A stretch of DNA of 64,000 bases from an uncultured bacterium (GCA_965368975.1 CBDUPA010000023.1:28332-92331); one strand, 5' to 3'. Shown: positions 8,301 to 33,439, counted from the first letter of the stretch. Translations and numbers: made by a program. The notes: generated by a model from the sequence alone, not told the origin.

Positions 8301-11300
8301 GCTGGCGGCTGGGCTGGTACCGTCTGGATTGGTACCGTCTGGATTGGTACCGTCTGGATTGGTACCGTCTGGATTGGTACCGTTTGGATTGGTCAGAGTC
8401 TGGCGCCACCACTGCATCTGACGTTCCAGTTCGTTGCCAGCCAGCCACGCGCGTTGCCATTGGGAGTAGTCGACATACTGCACGGGGAGGGGAGCGAGGG
8501 GCTCACCGCGATACGCCTGGGCCCAATCCGCCAGCAGCACACCCATCGACCAGCCGTCCGAGACGATGTGGTGCTGACTCACCAGCAGTGCGTGCTCGTC
8601 CGCCGCCAGGCGCACGAGCACGGCACGCAGCAGGGGTGCAGTGGTGAGGTCGAAGGGGCGGCGAACCCAGGCGGTCGCCAGGCGTACCGCTTCTACCGTG
8701 CGCCGCGTGGGGCACAGCCGACTCAGATCCAGACGCCTCCTGGGCTGCGGCCGCGCGGGCTCGACGATCTGCTCGGGGTCGCGGTCGCGGCTACTGCTGA
8801 AGCGGGTGCGCAGGCTGCCGTGGCGGGCAACCACGGTGTCGAGGGCCGCCTCCAGGCGCGCCGGATCGAGCGCGCCGCGCAGGCGCCAGGCGGCGGGTAA
8901 GTTGTAGGTGTCGTTGTCAGGGTCGAGGCGGTCGAGGAACCACAGGCGTTGCTGGGCGAAGGAGACCGGTGCGCGGAATACGCTGTCTGCGGGCCGCGGC
9001 TGCGTGCCGATCGGTGGTCTCCGTTCGCTCGACGCACGTCGCAGGCGCTCGGCCAGATCGGCGACGGTGGGGGCCTCGAAGACCGTGCGCATGGGCAGTC
9101 GGCGGCCGAGCCGGCGGTCGATGTGAGCGACCAGGCGGGTGGCGAGCAGGCTGTGACCGCCTAGCTCGAAGAAGTTGTCGCGCACGCTGACGCGCGGCAC
9201 GTCGAGCAGCTCGACGAAGAGCGCCGCCAGCTGGGCTTCGAGGCTGGTGCGGGGAGCGGTGAACGGACGCTCGCCGCCGCCCAACTCTTCCAGTGCGGCG
9301 CGTAGCTCAGGTGCCGCGCGCCGCGCCAGCGCCCGGCGGTCGAGCTTGCCGTTGGCGGTCAGCGGCAGGGCGGTGGCGGGCAGAAAAACCGTGGGGATCA
9401 TGTAGTCGGGGAGCCGCTGGCCGAGGAAGAGGCGCAGCTCGGCGGTTTCCGGCGCGATGCCGGTAGTGACGAAGACGGCGGCCAGCCGGGCGTCCCCCTG
9501 GCTCGGCCCGCCTGCGCGCTGCCGTTCGGCGACAACGGCGGCGGCGCTCACCGCCGGATGCTCAGTGAGTACGGCCTCGATCTCTTCCAATTCGACGCGG
9601 AAGCCACGCACCTTCACCTGGGCGTCGGCGCGGCCGAGGATCTCCAGCCGGCCGTCGTGCAGATGGCGCACCAGGTCGCCGGTGTGGAACAGGCGCGCGC
9701 CGGGAGAACCGGCGGCTGGACCAGCGGGCGCGTGACCGTCGGGACGGAAGCGGCCGGCAGTGAGCGCGGGCTGGTGCAGGTAGCCTCGGCCGACGCCGCT
9801 GCCGCCCAGGCACAGCTCCCCGGCGCAACCGAGGGAGACGGGATGGCCGCGGCGGTCGAGCAGCAGCGCGCGCACGCCCGGCAACGGCCGTCCGATGTCG
9901 GGGTCGGTACCGCGCGTGTGGCTGCCCTCGGCGCGACGCGGCACGGCACCGCTGGTGGTCAGGATAGTGGTCTCGCTGGGACCGTAGTCGTTGATCAGGC
10001 GCAGGTGGGGTAGCCGGCGGCTGTACTCGGCGGCGTCGCGGTGCAGGCGGTCGCCCCCCGGATACAGCTGGCGCAGGCAGGCGAGCGTGGGTAGGGGACC
10101 GGGGGGCTCTCGTGGTACGTCCCGTAGCAGCGCTTCGAGCATCGGGGTTGGTCCGTAGATGCCGCTGCAGCCGAGGCGTTCTAGCCAGGCACGCAGCAGT
10201 CGCGGGTCGAGGCGCGCACTCGACGGTGGCACGCAGACGGTGGCGCCGCTGGTCAGGGGGGCGCCGAGGCCGAGCAGGGAAGCGTCGAAGCCGGGGCCGT
10301 AGGCTTGGGCGATTCGCTGGCTTGGGCACACGGTCGGGCCGCTGCTGGGTGGCGTCTCGTGCCGCCGCACCGCCATGCGGGCGGCATAGCTGCCGCACGA
10401 GATGCCGTTGCCCTTGGGTCGGCCACTGGAGCCCGAGGTGTAGACGATGTAGGCGAGGTGCTGGTGCGGTCGTCGTTGTGGTGCTGATAGGGAGGACGAG
10501 ACGTTAGCTGCTCGGCGGGGCAGGTCGTGGCGTTGCCAGATCTGCTCCTTCCTCACGACCAGTCCTGCAACCAGCTCGGCTTGCAGCCCCTGGTTCTTGG
10601 AGGCACCTTGGCCTGGTTCGGCGTCGACCAGGACCGCCACCGGTCGTGACTCTCGCAGCATGTCGAGCAGCCGTTGGACCGGCACGCTAGGGTCGAGCGG
10701 CAGGAAAGGGACGCCGGCATAGAGCGCGGTGACCTGGGTCAGCACCTGCTCGGCACAGCCCGGCACGCACAGGGCGACTGGCTGCTCCGGCTTGGCAGAT
10801 TCGCATGGGATCTCGGTGGCCAGCCGTAGGGCGAGCCGGTGCAGGCCGCCATAGCTCAGGTGCAACCGCTGGTCGTGGACGGCGATACGGTCCGGCACGC
10901 GCGTGCCGTGGTCGGCGATGCGCTCGGCGATACCCGGTGCGTCCGCTTCGCTGGTGCCTGTCCAATCCTTGGCGCCCGTCCCATCCGCCGCGAGGTCACC
11001 CTCGGCGGCCGGCGTGGTCGTGACCCATTCGTGCAACACTTGCTGGCGTTCGCCGATCTTCAGCATCGACGCTTCGCCGATGGGCAGATCTGGATCGGCG
11101 GCGAAGCCTTCGAGCAGCGAAGCGAGAGCGTACAGCCAGCGGTGGATGGTGGTGTCGTCGAACAGGTCGGTATTGAACTCCATCTGCGGCACCGACAGCG
11201 AGCGCCGATCTGACGCGTCGTGGCCGGTGGAGACGTCGGTGAACAGGATCAGGTCGACCTGCGTGACATGGTTCTGCACGAAGTTGCTGTCCACCGTCAC

Positions 11301-12616
11301 CTCGCCCAACTGCAGCGGTGGCATTTCGATGTTCTGCAAGCTGAACACCGCCTGGTAGACCGGCGAGTACGCCAGATCGCGCTGGGGCTGCAGCGCCTCG
11401 ACCAGGCGGTCGAAGGGCAGGGCCTGGTGCTCGTAGACGGCGAACACGCGCTCACGTACCTCGGCGAGGAAGTCGCGGAAGCGCTGGGCCGGGTCGAGCT
11501 GGCCGCGCAGCACGATGGTGTTGACGAAGAAGCCGAGCATGCGCTCGGAGCCGGGCATGGCGCGGCCGGCGGCCGGCGAGCCGACGAGCAGGTCGCGCTG
11601 ACCGGTGAGGCGGTAGAGCAGCACCTGGTAGGCCGCCAGGATCACCATGAAGAGGCTGGCACCGCCTTGCATCTGCAACTCCACGGCGGCTACTTCCAGG
11701 CGTGGCGAGGCGTAGTGGATGATGCGCTTGCCGTGTGTGGTCTGGGCCGGCGGGCGCGGCCGGTCGGTGGGTAGCGGCAGGATCATCGGTGCGTCTTGCA
11801 GCTGCGCGCGCCAGAAGCTCAGTTCGGTTTCCAGCTCCCGTCGGCCGAGCCACTCGTGCTGCCAGCGTGCAAAGTCCTGGTACTGCAGCTTGGGTACCGG
11901 CAGCGGGCAGGGCAGGCCCTGACGGCGCGCGTCGTAGATCTTGTTGACCTCGTCGTAGAAGACGCCCAGCGACCAGCCGTCGGAAATAATGTGATGCTTG
12001 AGGATCACCAGCAGGTGGTACTGCGTCTGGGCGCGGGGCGCCTCGACACGGAACGCCTTGATACGGAAGAGAGTGCAGCGCCACAGTGGCCCGGCTTCCA
12101 GGTCGAAAGGCCGTTGGCCCTCACGGCCAGCCAGATCCTCGGCCAGCTCGAGGGCGGTCTTGGGAGGCAGGCGGTGCAAGTCGACCACGGGCAGCGGCAT
12201 CTGCATCGGCAGGGGTAGGGTCCGTTCGGATGCCGGATGGATGACCTGCCGTGGCCAGTGCTCGCCGGCGGCGTCCTCGACCTGCTGGAAGGTGGTGCGC
12301 AGCGACTCGTGACGCCGCTCCATGTCGCTCAGGGTCTGGTGCAGCGACGCTACCTGCAACGGGCCATGCAGGTCGAAGGCGAGGATCGGCAGGCTGTAGG
12401 CCAGGGTGCCAGGTTCCAGGCGGTCGGCCAGCCACAGGCGCTGCTGCATCAGGGAGAGGGGGGCTGAAGCCCCTTTGGCTGAAGACGTATGGGTTGGAGG
12501 CTCTCGAGCCGGATCTTGTCGACCTGGAGGTTGCTGCTGTTGCCGGCGTTGGCGAGCCAGGGCGGCCCGCTGCTCGGGGGTGAGCTGGGAGATGCGGCGA
12601 TACAGATCCTTCAGGC

Positions 12617-12620
<4 letters not shown>
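5400..12620 (-). CDS. NRPS, two modules (C-A-T-C-A-T), no TE/E domain, N- and C-terminal docking helices
   Basis: C motifs HHIISDGWS and HHIVSDGWS; A motifs YTSGS(S/T)GRPKG, YGP(S/T)E, TGDL, NGKLDR; T motifs FFELGGHSLL and FFDLGGHSLL. Start overlaps the upstream NRPS stop. Confidence 0.96.
8316..8390. repeat. 15-bp tandem repeat x5 (ggtaccgtctggatt), encodes TNPDG repeats in an NRPS C-domain loop
   Basis: Four identical copies plus one with a single mismatch. Confidence 0.95.
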
Positions 12621-26479
<13,859 letters not shown>

Positions 26480-26646
26480 TGGAAAGCTCCCCCTAGCACA
26501 CGCCCGAAACGAACGACTCACCGAAGGCGGGTGTTGGAATGAACAAGCGAGACTTCGAAGTTACGCGGAACGAAAGGGTTCCGACTCATCAGATACCGAG
26601 CAGTCTATCTTGTTGTCCGTGCTGGGAGGAGAAGCGATAAGGCGGG

Positions 26647-27525
26647 TCAGCGACCGTAGCGGCGATGCCGCTCGGCGAAGGAGCGCAGTGCGCGCAGAAA
26701 GTCGATCTTGCGGAAGGCGGGCCAGTTGGAGTCGCAGAAGTAGTACTCCGAATACGCACTTTGCCACAGCAGGAAGCCGCTCATCCGTACCTCGCCGCTG
26801 GTGCGCAGGATCAAGTCCGGCTCTGGCTGGCCGTAGGTGTAGAGGTACGGCTCGATCGAACGCGCCGTGAACGTCTCGGCCACTTGCTCCAGCGAATGCC
26901 CACGCTCGGCCTCGTCTTCGAGATAGCTGCGCAGCGCATCGGCGATCTCTTCACGGCCGCCGTAGGCCATGGCGATGTTGAGGCAGAAGCGATCGTAGCC
27001 CGCGGTCACCTGTTCGACGTGCTGGATCTCTTGGCGCAAGCTGTCCGGCAGCAATTCCAGTCGCCCGATATAGCGCACCCGCACCTTGTTTTCGTGCACA
27101 TCCGAGTGGTCGGCCATCTCGCGCGTCTTGTCCTCGAACAGCTGCAGCAGCGCCTGCACTTCTTCGTGCCCGCGCTGGAAGTTGTCGAGAGAGAAGCACC
27201 AAACCGTGACCACCGGGATCTCGGCGTTGTAGCACCAGGACAGCAGCTCTTGGAGCTTGTCCGCTCCCCGTTGATGTCCGAAGTTGGTCGTGCCCGCCCC
27301 CATCTCACGCGCGAAACGGCGGTTGCCGTCCATGATCACGCCGATGTGCTGCGGGCGGTGCCAGCTGGCAACCTGGCCTTCGAGGTGGTGTTCGTAGACT
27401 TTATAGAAAGGCCACTTGATCACCGACTTGAGCAGCCTCCAACCGAGTTTGAAGATCGAAGTCGGCAAAGCCAGGGGGCGTGCGGGAGGGGAAGCTGCTT
27501 GCTGTGTCGTCGTGCCGTTGGCCAT
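26647..27525 (-). CDS. uppS: cis-prenyltransferase (UppS / short-chain Z-isoprenyl diphosphate synthase family)
   Basis: PQHIGVIMDGNRRFA, FSLDNFQR, YGGREEI, PDLILRTSGEVRMSGFLLWQSAYSE, C-terminal RRYG. Confidence 0.92.
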   Translation of the reverse strand: MANGTTTQQAASPPARPLALPTSIFKLGWRLLKSVIKWPFYKVYEHHLEGQVASWHRPQHIGVIMDGNRRFAREMGAGTTNFGHQRGADKLQELLSWCYNAEIPVVTVWCFSLDNFQRGHEEVQALLQLFEDKTREMADHSDVHENKVRVRYIGRLELLPDSLRQEIQHVEQVTAGYDRFCLNIAMAYGGREEIADALRSYLEDEAERGHSLEQVAETFTARSIEPYLYTYGQPEPDLILRTSGEVRMSGFLLWQSAYSEYYFCDSNWPAFRKIDFLRALRSFAERHRRYGR

Positions 27526-27698
27526 CTTGCGAGTGTACTCCTAGCGCAGAGAGTATCAGAGGGCTCTCCCCGGCCGGGAACTTTCTCGACACCCCCTCTG
27601 TCCAATCACTACGAACGGGGTCGCGACCCTCCGAACTTCTGACCACCAGCCTTGACGGTAAGAAAAAGGACCTTGCGGAAAGGTCGAGGAGGCACGCC

Positions 27699-28454
27699 AT
27701 GCGCGACAAGAACTCAGCTACTCCCAATCTAGATACATCGAGTCTAGAGACATCGAGTTCAGATACATCGAGCCCCGACGCTCCAAGTCCCGACGACAAC
27801 TTGATTCCGTCGTACCTGATCGAGAACGACACTAGCCGTGGCACGCGCCGCGCCGCGATCGCACTGGCGGTGGTTTTCCACATCGCGCTGCTGGCTTTCA
27901 GCGTGCCGGAAGCGACGACGGAAGCCTTCGAGCCGGAGCCGCCGAAGGTCTACGTGGTCGAGCAGGTGCGCTTCAAGCCGCCGGTGGTCGACCCTGTGAC
28001 GCCGCCGACACCGCGCGAGCGGCGGGTGCCTGTACCGGACCCGACACCGGACGATCCGGAACCAGACCTGCGCAACATCGAGATCGAGCCGATCTACGAA
28101 CTGCCGAGTCCTGACGTCATTTATGACGCCATCCCAGAAGGTCCGCCGGCGCCGGAGATCACCGGGCCGATCGAGATCAGCGGGGCGGTCGTGCCGCCGA
28201 TAAAGATCTACCACCCGAATCCGGCCTACACCGAGGTGGCGCGCAGAGCACGCATCGAAGGCGTAGTGGTGGTCGAGGCGATCGTCGATGTCGAAGGCAA
28301 CGTGACGAAGGCCGAGATCATCAAGCCGCTGCCGATGGGTCTCGACCAATCGACGCTGCAGACCGTTGTGAACTGGAAGTTCGAGCCGGCAACGCTGCGC
28401 GGCAAGCCGGTTCCAGTGATCTATCGCTTCTCGGTGACGTTCAGTTTGAACTGA
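27699..28454 (+). CDS. tonB: Energy transducer TonB family protein
   Basis: TM anchor with His (LAVVFHIALLAF), Pro-rich linker, TonB C-terminal domain (PAYTEVARRARIEGVVVVEAIVDVEGNV...WKFEPA). RBS GAGGAGG before ATG 27699. Confidence 0.88.
   Translation: MRDKNSATPNLDTSSLETSSSDTSSPDAPSPDDNLIPSYLIENDTSRGTRRAAIALAVVFHIALLAFSVPEATTEAFEPEPPKVYVVEQVRFKPPVVDPVTPPTPRERRVPVPDPTPDDPEPDLRNIEIEPIYELPSPDVIYDAIPEGPPAPEITGPIEISGAVVPPIKIYHPNPAYTEVARRARIEGVVVVEAIVDVEGNVTKAEIIKPLPMGLDQSTLQTVVNWKFEPATLRGKPVPVIYRFSVTFSLN
27729..27773. repeat. 15-bp tandem repeat x3 (ctagaKacatcgagt) in the tonB N-terminus
   Basis: ctagatacatcgagt / ctagagacatcgagt / tcagatacatcgagc. Confidence 0.88.
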
Positions 28455-28563
28455 AGCCCTCCCCTCTCCTTCCACCCTGGTCCTGTCTACGGGCCCGGCT
28501 CGCGAGTACTCCACCTCGAGTGCTCCGAGCCGGGCCTTCTCTCGTTCCACGCAGCTGTGGGCG

Positions 28564-29274
28564 ATGTGGCAGAATCCAGATATGGATGCCCCTGCCGTTT
28601 CTTTCGACTTACCTGGGTGGACGCTGGTCTGGGCGTCGTTTGTGCGCGCCGCCCAACTCGACGAGAGCACTCGACTCGACGAGAACGCTCAGCTTGAAAG
28701 CACAGTCGAGCGTGTGCTCGCCGAAGTGCGGGAGCAGCGCGCAGGGCAGCCGCTGATCAGCGATCCGGCGATTGCGGCGCTGCGCAAGCTGCTGCGGGCA
28801 GCGGGGTGTGATCCGACGCGCTACCGCTCGTCACCGGAAGCGCTACTGCGCCGGTTGCTCAAGGGCGAAGATCTGCCGCGCATCCATCCCCTGGTCGACA
28901 TCGGCAACCTGCTGTCGGCGCGTCTGGGCATCCCCTGCTGCATGCTGGACATCGACCGCCTGAAGCCGCCCTTCACCCTGCGTGCCGGCCGTGACGGTGA
29001 GCGCTACGAGTCCCTGCGCGGCGACTTCAACCTGGCGGGCAAGCCGCTGCTCGCCGACGTCGACGGTCCGTGCGACACACCGATCACCGGCAGCCGGCGT
29101 GCGGGGGTGACGGCGGCGACCGAGCGCGCCTGGTTCGTCGCCTACCTGCCGGCAGCCCTGGCCGAAGAAGGGGGCGTCGATGCAACTGCGGTTGAGCGGG
29201 AACTCCGGCAGCTGGTGGCGGCGGTGCCAGCGTGGACTCTGGAATCCGTCGCGGTCGTCGCGGAGGAGAGCTGA
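28564..29274 (+). CDS. Stand-alone B3/B4 domain protein (PheRS beta-subunit related, putative tRNA trans-editing)
   Basis: GCDPTRYRSSPEALLRRLLKGEDLPRIHPLVDIGNLLS, LDIDRL, LRAGRDGERY and PLLADVDGP are typical of B3/B4 proteins. Confidence 0.82.
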   Translation: MWQNPDMDAPAVSFDLPGWTLVWASFVRAAQLDESTRLDENAQLESTVERVLAEVREQRAGQPLISDPAIAALRKLLRAAGCDPTRYRSSPEALLRRLLKGEDLPRIHPLVDIGNLLSARLGIPCCMLDIDRLKPPFTLRAGRDGERYESLRGDFNLAGKPLLADVDGPCDTPITGSRRAGVTAATERAWFVAYLPAALAEEGGVDATAVERELRQLVAAVPAWTLESVAVVAEES

Positions 29275-29275
29275 C

Positions 29276-30751
29276 ATGCCCCCCAGACCGCTCCTCTTGA
29301 AGGAGATGGACGCGCAAGCCGTGCTGTTGGTGCGCGCCTTCGAGCAGGCGGACCCGGAAGGCGTCGTGCTGGCGCGCTCTGTGCGTGAACGTGCCGACGC
29401 GGAAGCACCGCAGAACAAAGAGAAGCCGCAGGCGTGGCTGGTCCGACGAGCGCGCACGTTGTCGGCGGAGATTGAAACCCAGGTGCCGCTGGTACCTGGC
29501 CTGCGCCGCGTGACGCGACTGGCCGGCCGGCTGGGGCCGCTGCTGCTGATCGTGGCTTTCGTCCTCGGCCTCGCCTCGAACCTCGTCGGCCCGGCGCGCC
29601 ACATCAACTTGCTGTCGGTGCCGCTGCTCGGGATTCTGGCCTGGAACCTGCTGATGTACGCCATCTTCGTCCTGGTGTGGGTGCTCAAGGGCCGGGCTCA
29701 GAAGCCAGGGCGCGGGGCCGCCCGCGTGCTGGCGCCGGTGTCGACCTTGCTCTATCTGCGACGCAGGCTCGGCGGGCTCGACCGTAGCGAGGCGGCCTCC
29801 GCCGTGACCGCTGGCGGCGTCCGGGGCTACCTCGACGCCTGGCGCACCGCCGGAGCCGCGCTGGTCGAGGCGCGCGGCCGGCGGCTGATGCACCTGGCGG
29901 CGATGGTGCTGATGCTCGGTGCCGTCGCCGGCATGTACGTGCGAGGCCTGATCTTCGAGTACCGCGCCACCTGGGAGAGCACCTTCTTCGACGCGCTCAC
30001 CGTGCGGGACCTGCTGCACGGCATTCTCGGTCCCGCGGCGTCGATCCTGGGCGTCGAGATCCCGCCGCTGCTACCTCTGCGAGTTCCCGGCGACGGGCCC
30101 GCGGCCTTGTGGATCCATCTCTTCGCCGTCACGGCTGTCCTCTTCGTGGTGTTGCCACGCGGCTTGCTGGCGCTGGTCGAGGCACTGCGTCTGCTACGCC
30201 TGTCGCGCCGGGTGCCGATGCCCGAGGGCGACCCCTACCTACGCCGCCTACTGGCCACGGGACGCGCCGAGCCGCCGGCTGTCGAGCTGTGGCCGTACAG
30301 CCTGGAGCTGTCGATCCAGCGTCGCGAGCAGCTGCTCGAAGCCTTGCACGACGCCTTCGGCCGCCGCGCCGACATCCGGCTCCAACCCGTACTGGCCTAC
30401 GGAGAGGACGTGCCAGTTCTGGCGGAGGAGTCGGAGAGCGGTGACGCGGTCCTCACGCAACCCCTCGTCCTGTTCAATCTCGCCCAGACGCCCGAAGCCG
30501 AGGTGCATGGCGAGCTTCTGCGAGCCCTCGCCGCGCGCCACGGGGAACCGCCACGCGCGCTGATCGAGGTCAGTGCCTACCGTCAGCGCTTGCACGGCGA
30601 CGAAACGCGGCTGCAAGGACGCAAGGCGACCTGGACGCAGGTCGTCGAGGCCGCGGGGGCGCGGGCGACCTTCGTCGATCTCGAGGCGATGGACCGGGGC
30701 GCCCTCGCGGCTGCCCTCGGCGACGAGCGCGAGGAGTCCGAGCGTGGCTGA
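29276..30751 (+). CDS. DUF2868-like membrane protein
   Basis: Several TM segments, INLLSVPLLGILAWNLL, EYRATWESTF, VVLPRGLLA; coupled to the downstream GTPase. Confidence 0.65.
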   Translation: MPPRPLLLKEMDAQAVLLVRAFEQADPEGVVLARSVRERADAEAPQNKEKPQAWLVRRARTLSAEIETQVPLVPGLRRVTRLAGRLGPLLLIVAFVLGLASNLVGPARHINLLSVPLLGILAWNLLMYAIFVLVWVLKGRAQKPGRGAARVLAPVSTLLYLRRRLGGLDRSEAASAVTAGGVRGYLDAWRTAGAALVEARGRRLMHLAAMVLMLGAVAGMYVRGLIFEYRATWESTFFDALTVRDLLHGILGPAASILGVEIPPLLPLRVPGDGPAALWIHLFAVTAVLFVVLPRGLLALVEALRLLRLSRRVPMPEGDPYLRRLLATGRAEPPAVELWPYSLELSIQRREQLLEALHDAFGRRADIRLQPVLAYGEDVPVLAEESESGDAVLTQPLVLFNLAQTPEAEVHGELLRALAARHGEPPRALIEVSAYRQRLHGDETRLQGRKATWTQVVEAAGARATFVDLEAMDRGALAAALGDEREESERG

Positions 30752-32162
30752 TCCACAGAGCGATCCGAACCTCGCTGCCGGCAGCGTCTTGCACCTGAGC
30801 CTGATCTCGCACACCAACGTCGGCAAGACCACCCTCGCACGCACCCTGCTGCGCCGCGACGTCGGCGAAGTGCTCGACCGCGCGCACGTCACCCTCGAAC
30901 CCGCAGCCTACGAGCTGATCACTGCTGGTCCGCACCGCCTCGAACTGTGGGATACCCCCGGCTTCGGCGACAGCATCCGCCTGCTGCGTCGCCTGCACAC
31001 CGAGCAGTTCCCGATCCGCTGGTTTCTGCAACAGACCTGGGACCGCTTCACCGATCGCGCCTTTTGGTCCGGCCAGCAAGCCGTCCTGCACCTGCGCGAG
31101 CAGGCCCACATTGTGCTCTACCTGGTCAATGCCATGGAGCACCCGAGCGAAGCCGGTTACGTCGACCCGGAGCTCGAGCTGCTCGGCTGGATGGGTCGCC
31201 CGGTCTTGTTGCTGCTCAACCAGACCGGTCCCGCCGGCAGCGACACCCGCGCCGCCGAACGCGCCTGGCGCGACTACGCGCAGCGTTATGAAGTGGTCAA
31301 GGACGTCCTGACGCTCGACGCCTTCACCCGCTGCTGGGTGCAAGAGAACGAACTCCTACGCCGCGTCCAGGCCGTTCTGCCAGCGGAGAAGCAGCCTGTC
31401 ATGGCCGCCCTCGCCGACGCCTGGGAAGCGCGCAACCAAGAGATCTTCCGCCGCTCTCTGGGCCACGTCACCACCTACCTGGCGACCACCGCTACGGATC
31501 GTGAAGCTTTGACTAGCAAGCGTCCGAGCAAGGTCGAGTCGACCCGAGCGATGCAGACACTTGCAGAGCGTCTGGAAGCCGAGACCAGGAAGCTCATGGA
31601 CCGCCTGATCCGCGAGCATGGCCTAGAAGGCCGCAGCGAGGCCAAGCTCTACCGCCAATTGGATGACGTCCTGCTCCAGGGAACCACCAAGCTGAGCACC
31701 GAGCAAGGCGCCTTCTGGGGCGGCCTGGTTAGCGGTGCTCTCGGTGGCCTGATGGCCGACTTCCTGGCCGGCGGCCTCACCTTCGGCGGCGGTGCGGTCG
31801 CGGGGGCGATTCTCGGCGTGCTCGGTGGTGCCGGCCTGAGCCGCGCGCACGAGCTGATCCAGTTCGGCGGCGAGCCCGCTGCTAGCTGGTCATCGGAGTT
31901 CCTGCACGAGTTGCTGCGTCAAAGCCTGCTGCGCTACCTCGCCGTCGCTCACTTCGGGCGTGGACGGGGTGTGTTCGAAGAAGGCGAGATGCCGGAAGTC
32001 TGGCGGCGGGAGGTGGATGCGGTGCTGCAGAAGGTGGACGTCAAGGAGATGTTGAAGACTTGGCGTCGGTGGGGGAAGGAAGATCGCGGGCTCGTCGAGC
32101 GGGAGTTGGGGCCGCAGGTGGAGCGGTGGGTGTCGGGGGTGTTGGGGCGGCTGTATCGGTAG
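30744..32162 (+). CDS. GTPase domain / DUF3482-like protein
   Basis: SLISHTNVGKTTL (G1), DTPG (G3), Gly-rich hydrophobic C-terminal hairpin (GGLTFGGGAVAGAILG). GTG start at 30744 overlaps the upstream gene. Confidence 0.78.
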   Translation: MADPQSDPNLAAGSVLHLSLISHTNVGKTTLARTLLRRDVGEVLDRAHVTLEPAAYELITAGPHRLELWDTPGFGDSIRLLRRLHTEQFPIRWFLQQTWDRFTDRAFWSGQQAVLHLREQAHIVLYLVNAMEHPSEAGYVDPELELLGWMGRPVLLLLNQTGPAGSDTRAAERAWRDYAQRYEVVKDVLTLDAFTRCWVQENELLRRVQAVLPAEKQPVMAALADAWEARNQEIFRRSLGHVTTYLATTATDREALTSKRPSKVESTRAMQTLAERLEAETRKLMDRLIREHGLEGRSEAKLYRQLDDVLLQGTTKLSTEQGAFWGGLVSGALGGLMADFLAGGLTFGGGAVAGAILGVLGGAGLSRAHELIQFGGEPAASWSSEFLHELLRQSLLRYLAVAHFGRGRGVFEEGEMPEVWRREVDAVLQKVDVKEMLKTWRRWGKEDRGLVERELGPQVERWVSGVLGRLYR

Positions 32163-32324
32163 AAGCCCTTTGCAGCACGAGATCAGTTAGTGTTTGTCAG
32201 GTTGTGCTTGAGGCAATCGAAGGTTCAAGGTTCGGGTTGCTCTTTCCTGTGATGTATGGTTTACTCCGGTTTGTAAGTTGTATTCAGCGATAATTGGGGC
32301 GGTTCAGATTCTGAAAGTCATGGT

Positions 32325-33011
32325 ATGCGCGCGAGTGTAGTGAATCTTGGGGCGGCATTGATCTCGCTATTTGCAGCCATTATTGGCTGGCATTTAGCAG
32401 AGTGGAATTATAAGAAAGAGAAGGAAGGGTTTGAGGCTCAAATTGCCGAGATGCGCCGTGTGAATGTTGAGAATGGAAAACTGCAGCAGAAGATGCAGAG
32501 GCAAGATCTAGAGATACAAGGCCTCACTCGAGATTTTCAATCTTTAGAGATTTCACTGGAGGCGTCGAGGTTGCAGGTTGAAGACTTAGAGGAAAAATGG
32601 GGTCGTTGTACGTCACCAGATGGTTTGATTAATATAGTCAGTACACTGGAATCTGCAGGTAGAGTTCGAGTAAGGACGGGTTCGGCTTTAGAGTTTCCAA
32701 TGACGTATTCTTCTCTCTTCGCTAGGATTGTAAGGATTAGTGAGTGGGGCCCCGTTGTAGCGATCGAGAATTGTGACTTTGTGAAGGCTCTTGATGGTAA
32801 TCGGAGTTCTGCAGATGGCGAGAATAGCTATCTCATGACTCCTGACCAGGGCTTGGTGTTGTTCGCATCCAGTAAGTGCTGTGAAGTTGGGTTCGATGTT
32901 TGCAGAGAGGGGACCACAGAGAGGATCGAGCTAACTGTCGAAGAGATGGATGTTGATCATCAGGAGGCATTCATCAACTATGAGAAAGAATTCATCAGCC
33001 TGGAGTTGTAG
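32325..33011 (+). CDS. Orphan protein: N-terminal TM anchor, coiled coil, Cys-containing C-terminal domain (low-GC islet)
   Basis: 228-aa ORF in visibly AT-richer DNA; TM LGAALISLFAAIIGW followed by a heptad-rich segment. Confidence 0.65.
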   Translation: MRASVVNLGAALISLFAAIIGWHLAEWNYKKEKEGFEAQIAEMRRVNVENGKLQQKMQRQDLEIQGLTRDFQSLEISLEASRLQVEDLEEKWGRCTSPDGLINIVSTLESAGRVRVRTGSALEFPMTYSSLFARIVRISEWGPVVAIENCDFVKALDGNRSSADGENSYLMTPDQGLVLFASSKCCEVGFDVCREGTTERIELTVEEMDVDHQEAFINYEKEFISLEL

Positions 33012-33374
33012 ATGCGAATTTCAAGAGCATTGAAGTACGCTTCTGTCTTGTGCATGTTGATCACGTGCTCCTGTGCCAGCACGTCTGAGTTTGAAGCGCT
33101 CTCGTTGCAGGTGGAGAGGCAGGACTCTCGGTTTCGCTCCTATTCAGACCAACAAGCAATTACCGTGGCTCAGTTGATTCTTAGACTTGATGAGCTTTCG
33201 ACTGACATCCAAGCTCTAGAGGAAGCGATCAAGCTTGAAGCTCTAAAGAGAGAGGAGTTTGGCGAGGCCACGAAGAGTCAACTTGCTTCAAGTCAGGAGC
33301 GTCTGCAGCAGATGGCTAGTGTCGTGGCAGAGATGCGTCTTAGATTAGGCGAACTGGCTCGGGCACTTCGTTAG
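33012..33374 (+). CDS. Orphan coiled-coil putative lipoprotein (low-GC islet)
   Basis: Signal ending LITCSC (possible lipobox), all-helical remainder; ATG directly abuts the previous stop. Confidence 0.6.
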   Translation: MRISRALKYASVLCMLITCSCASTSEFEALSLQVERQDSRFRSYSDQQAITVAQLILRLDELSTDIQALEEAIKLEALKREEFGEATKSQLASSQERLQQMASVVAEMRLRLGELARALR

Positions 33375-33439
33375 TTTTGGCATTAACTTTCTGCGTACTC
33401 GAAGTGGTCTGGTCTCGGTCACTGGTGTCGCACTGTGGG

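Noticed and set aside
8316-8390. Short repeat arrays as CRISPR or regulatory iterons
   Set aside because: Head-to-tail 15-bp units without spacers, mostly in frame within coding linkers.
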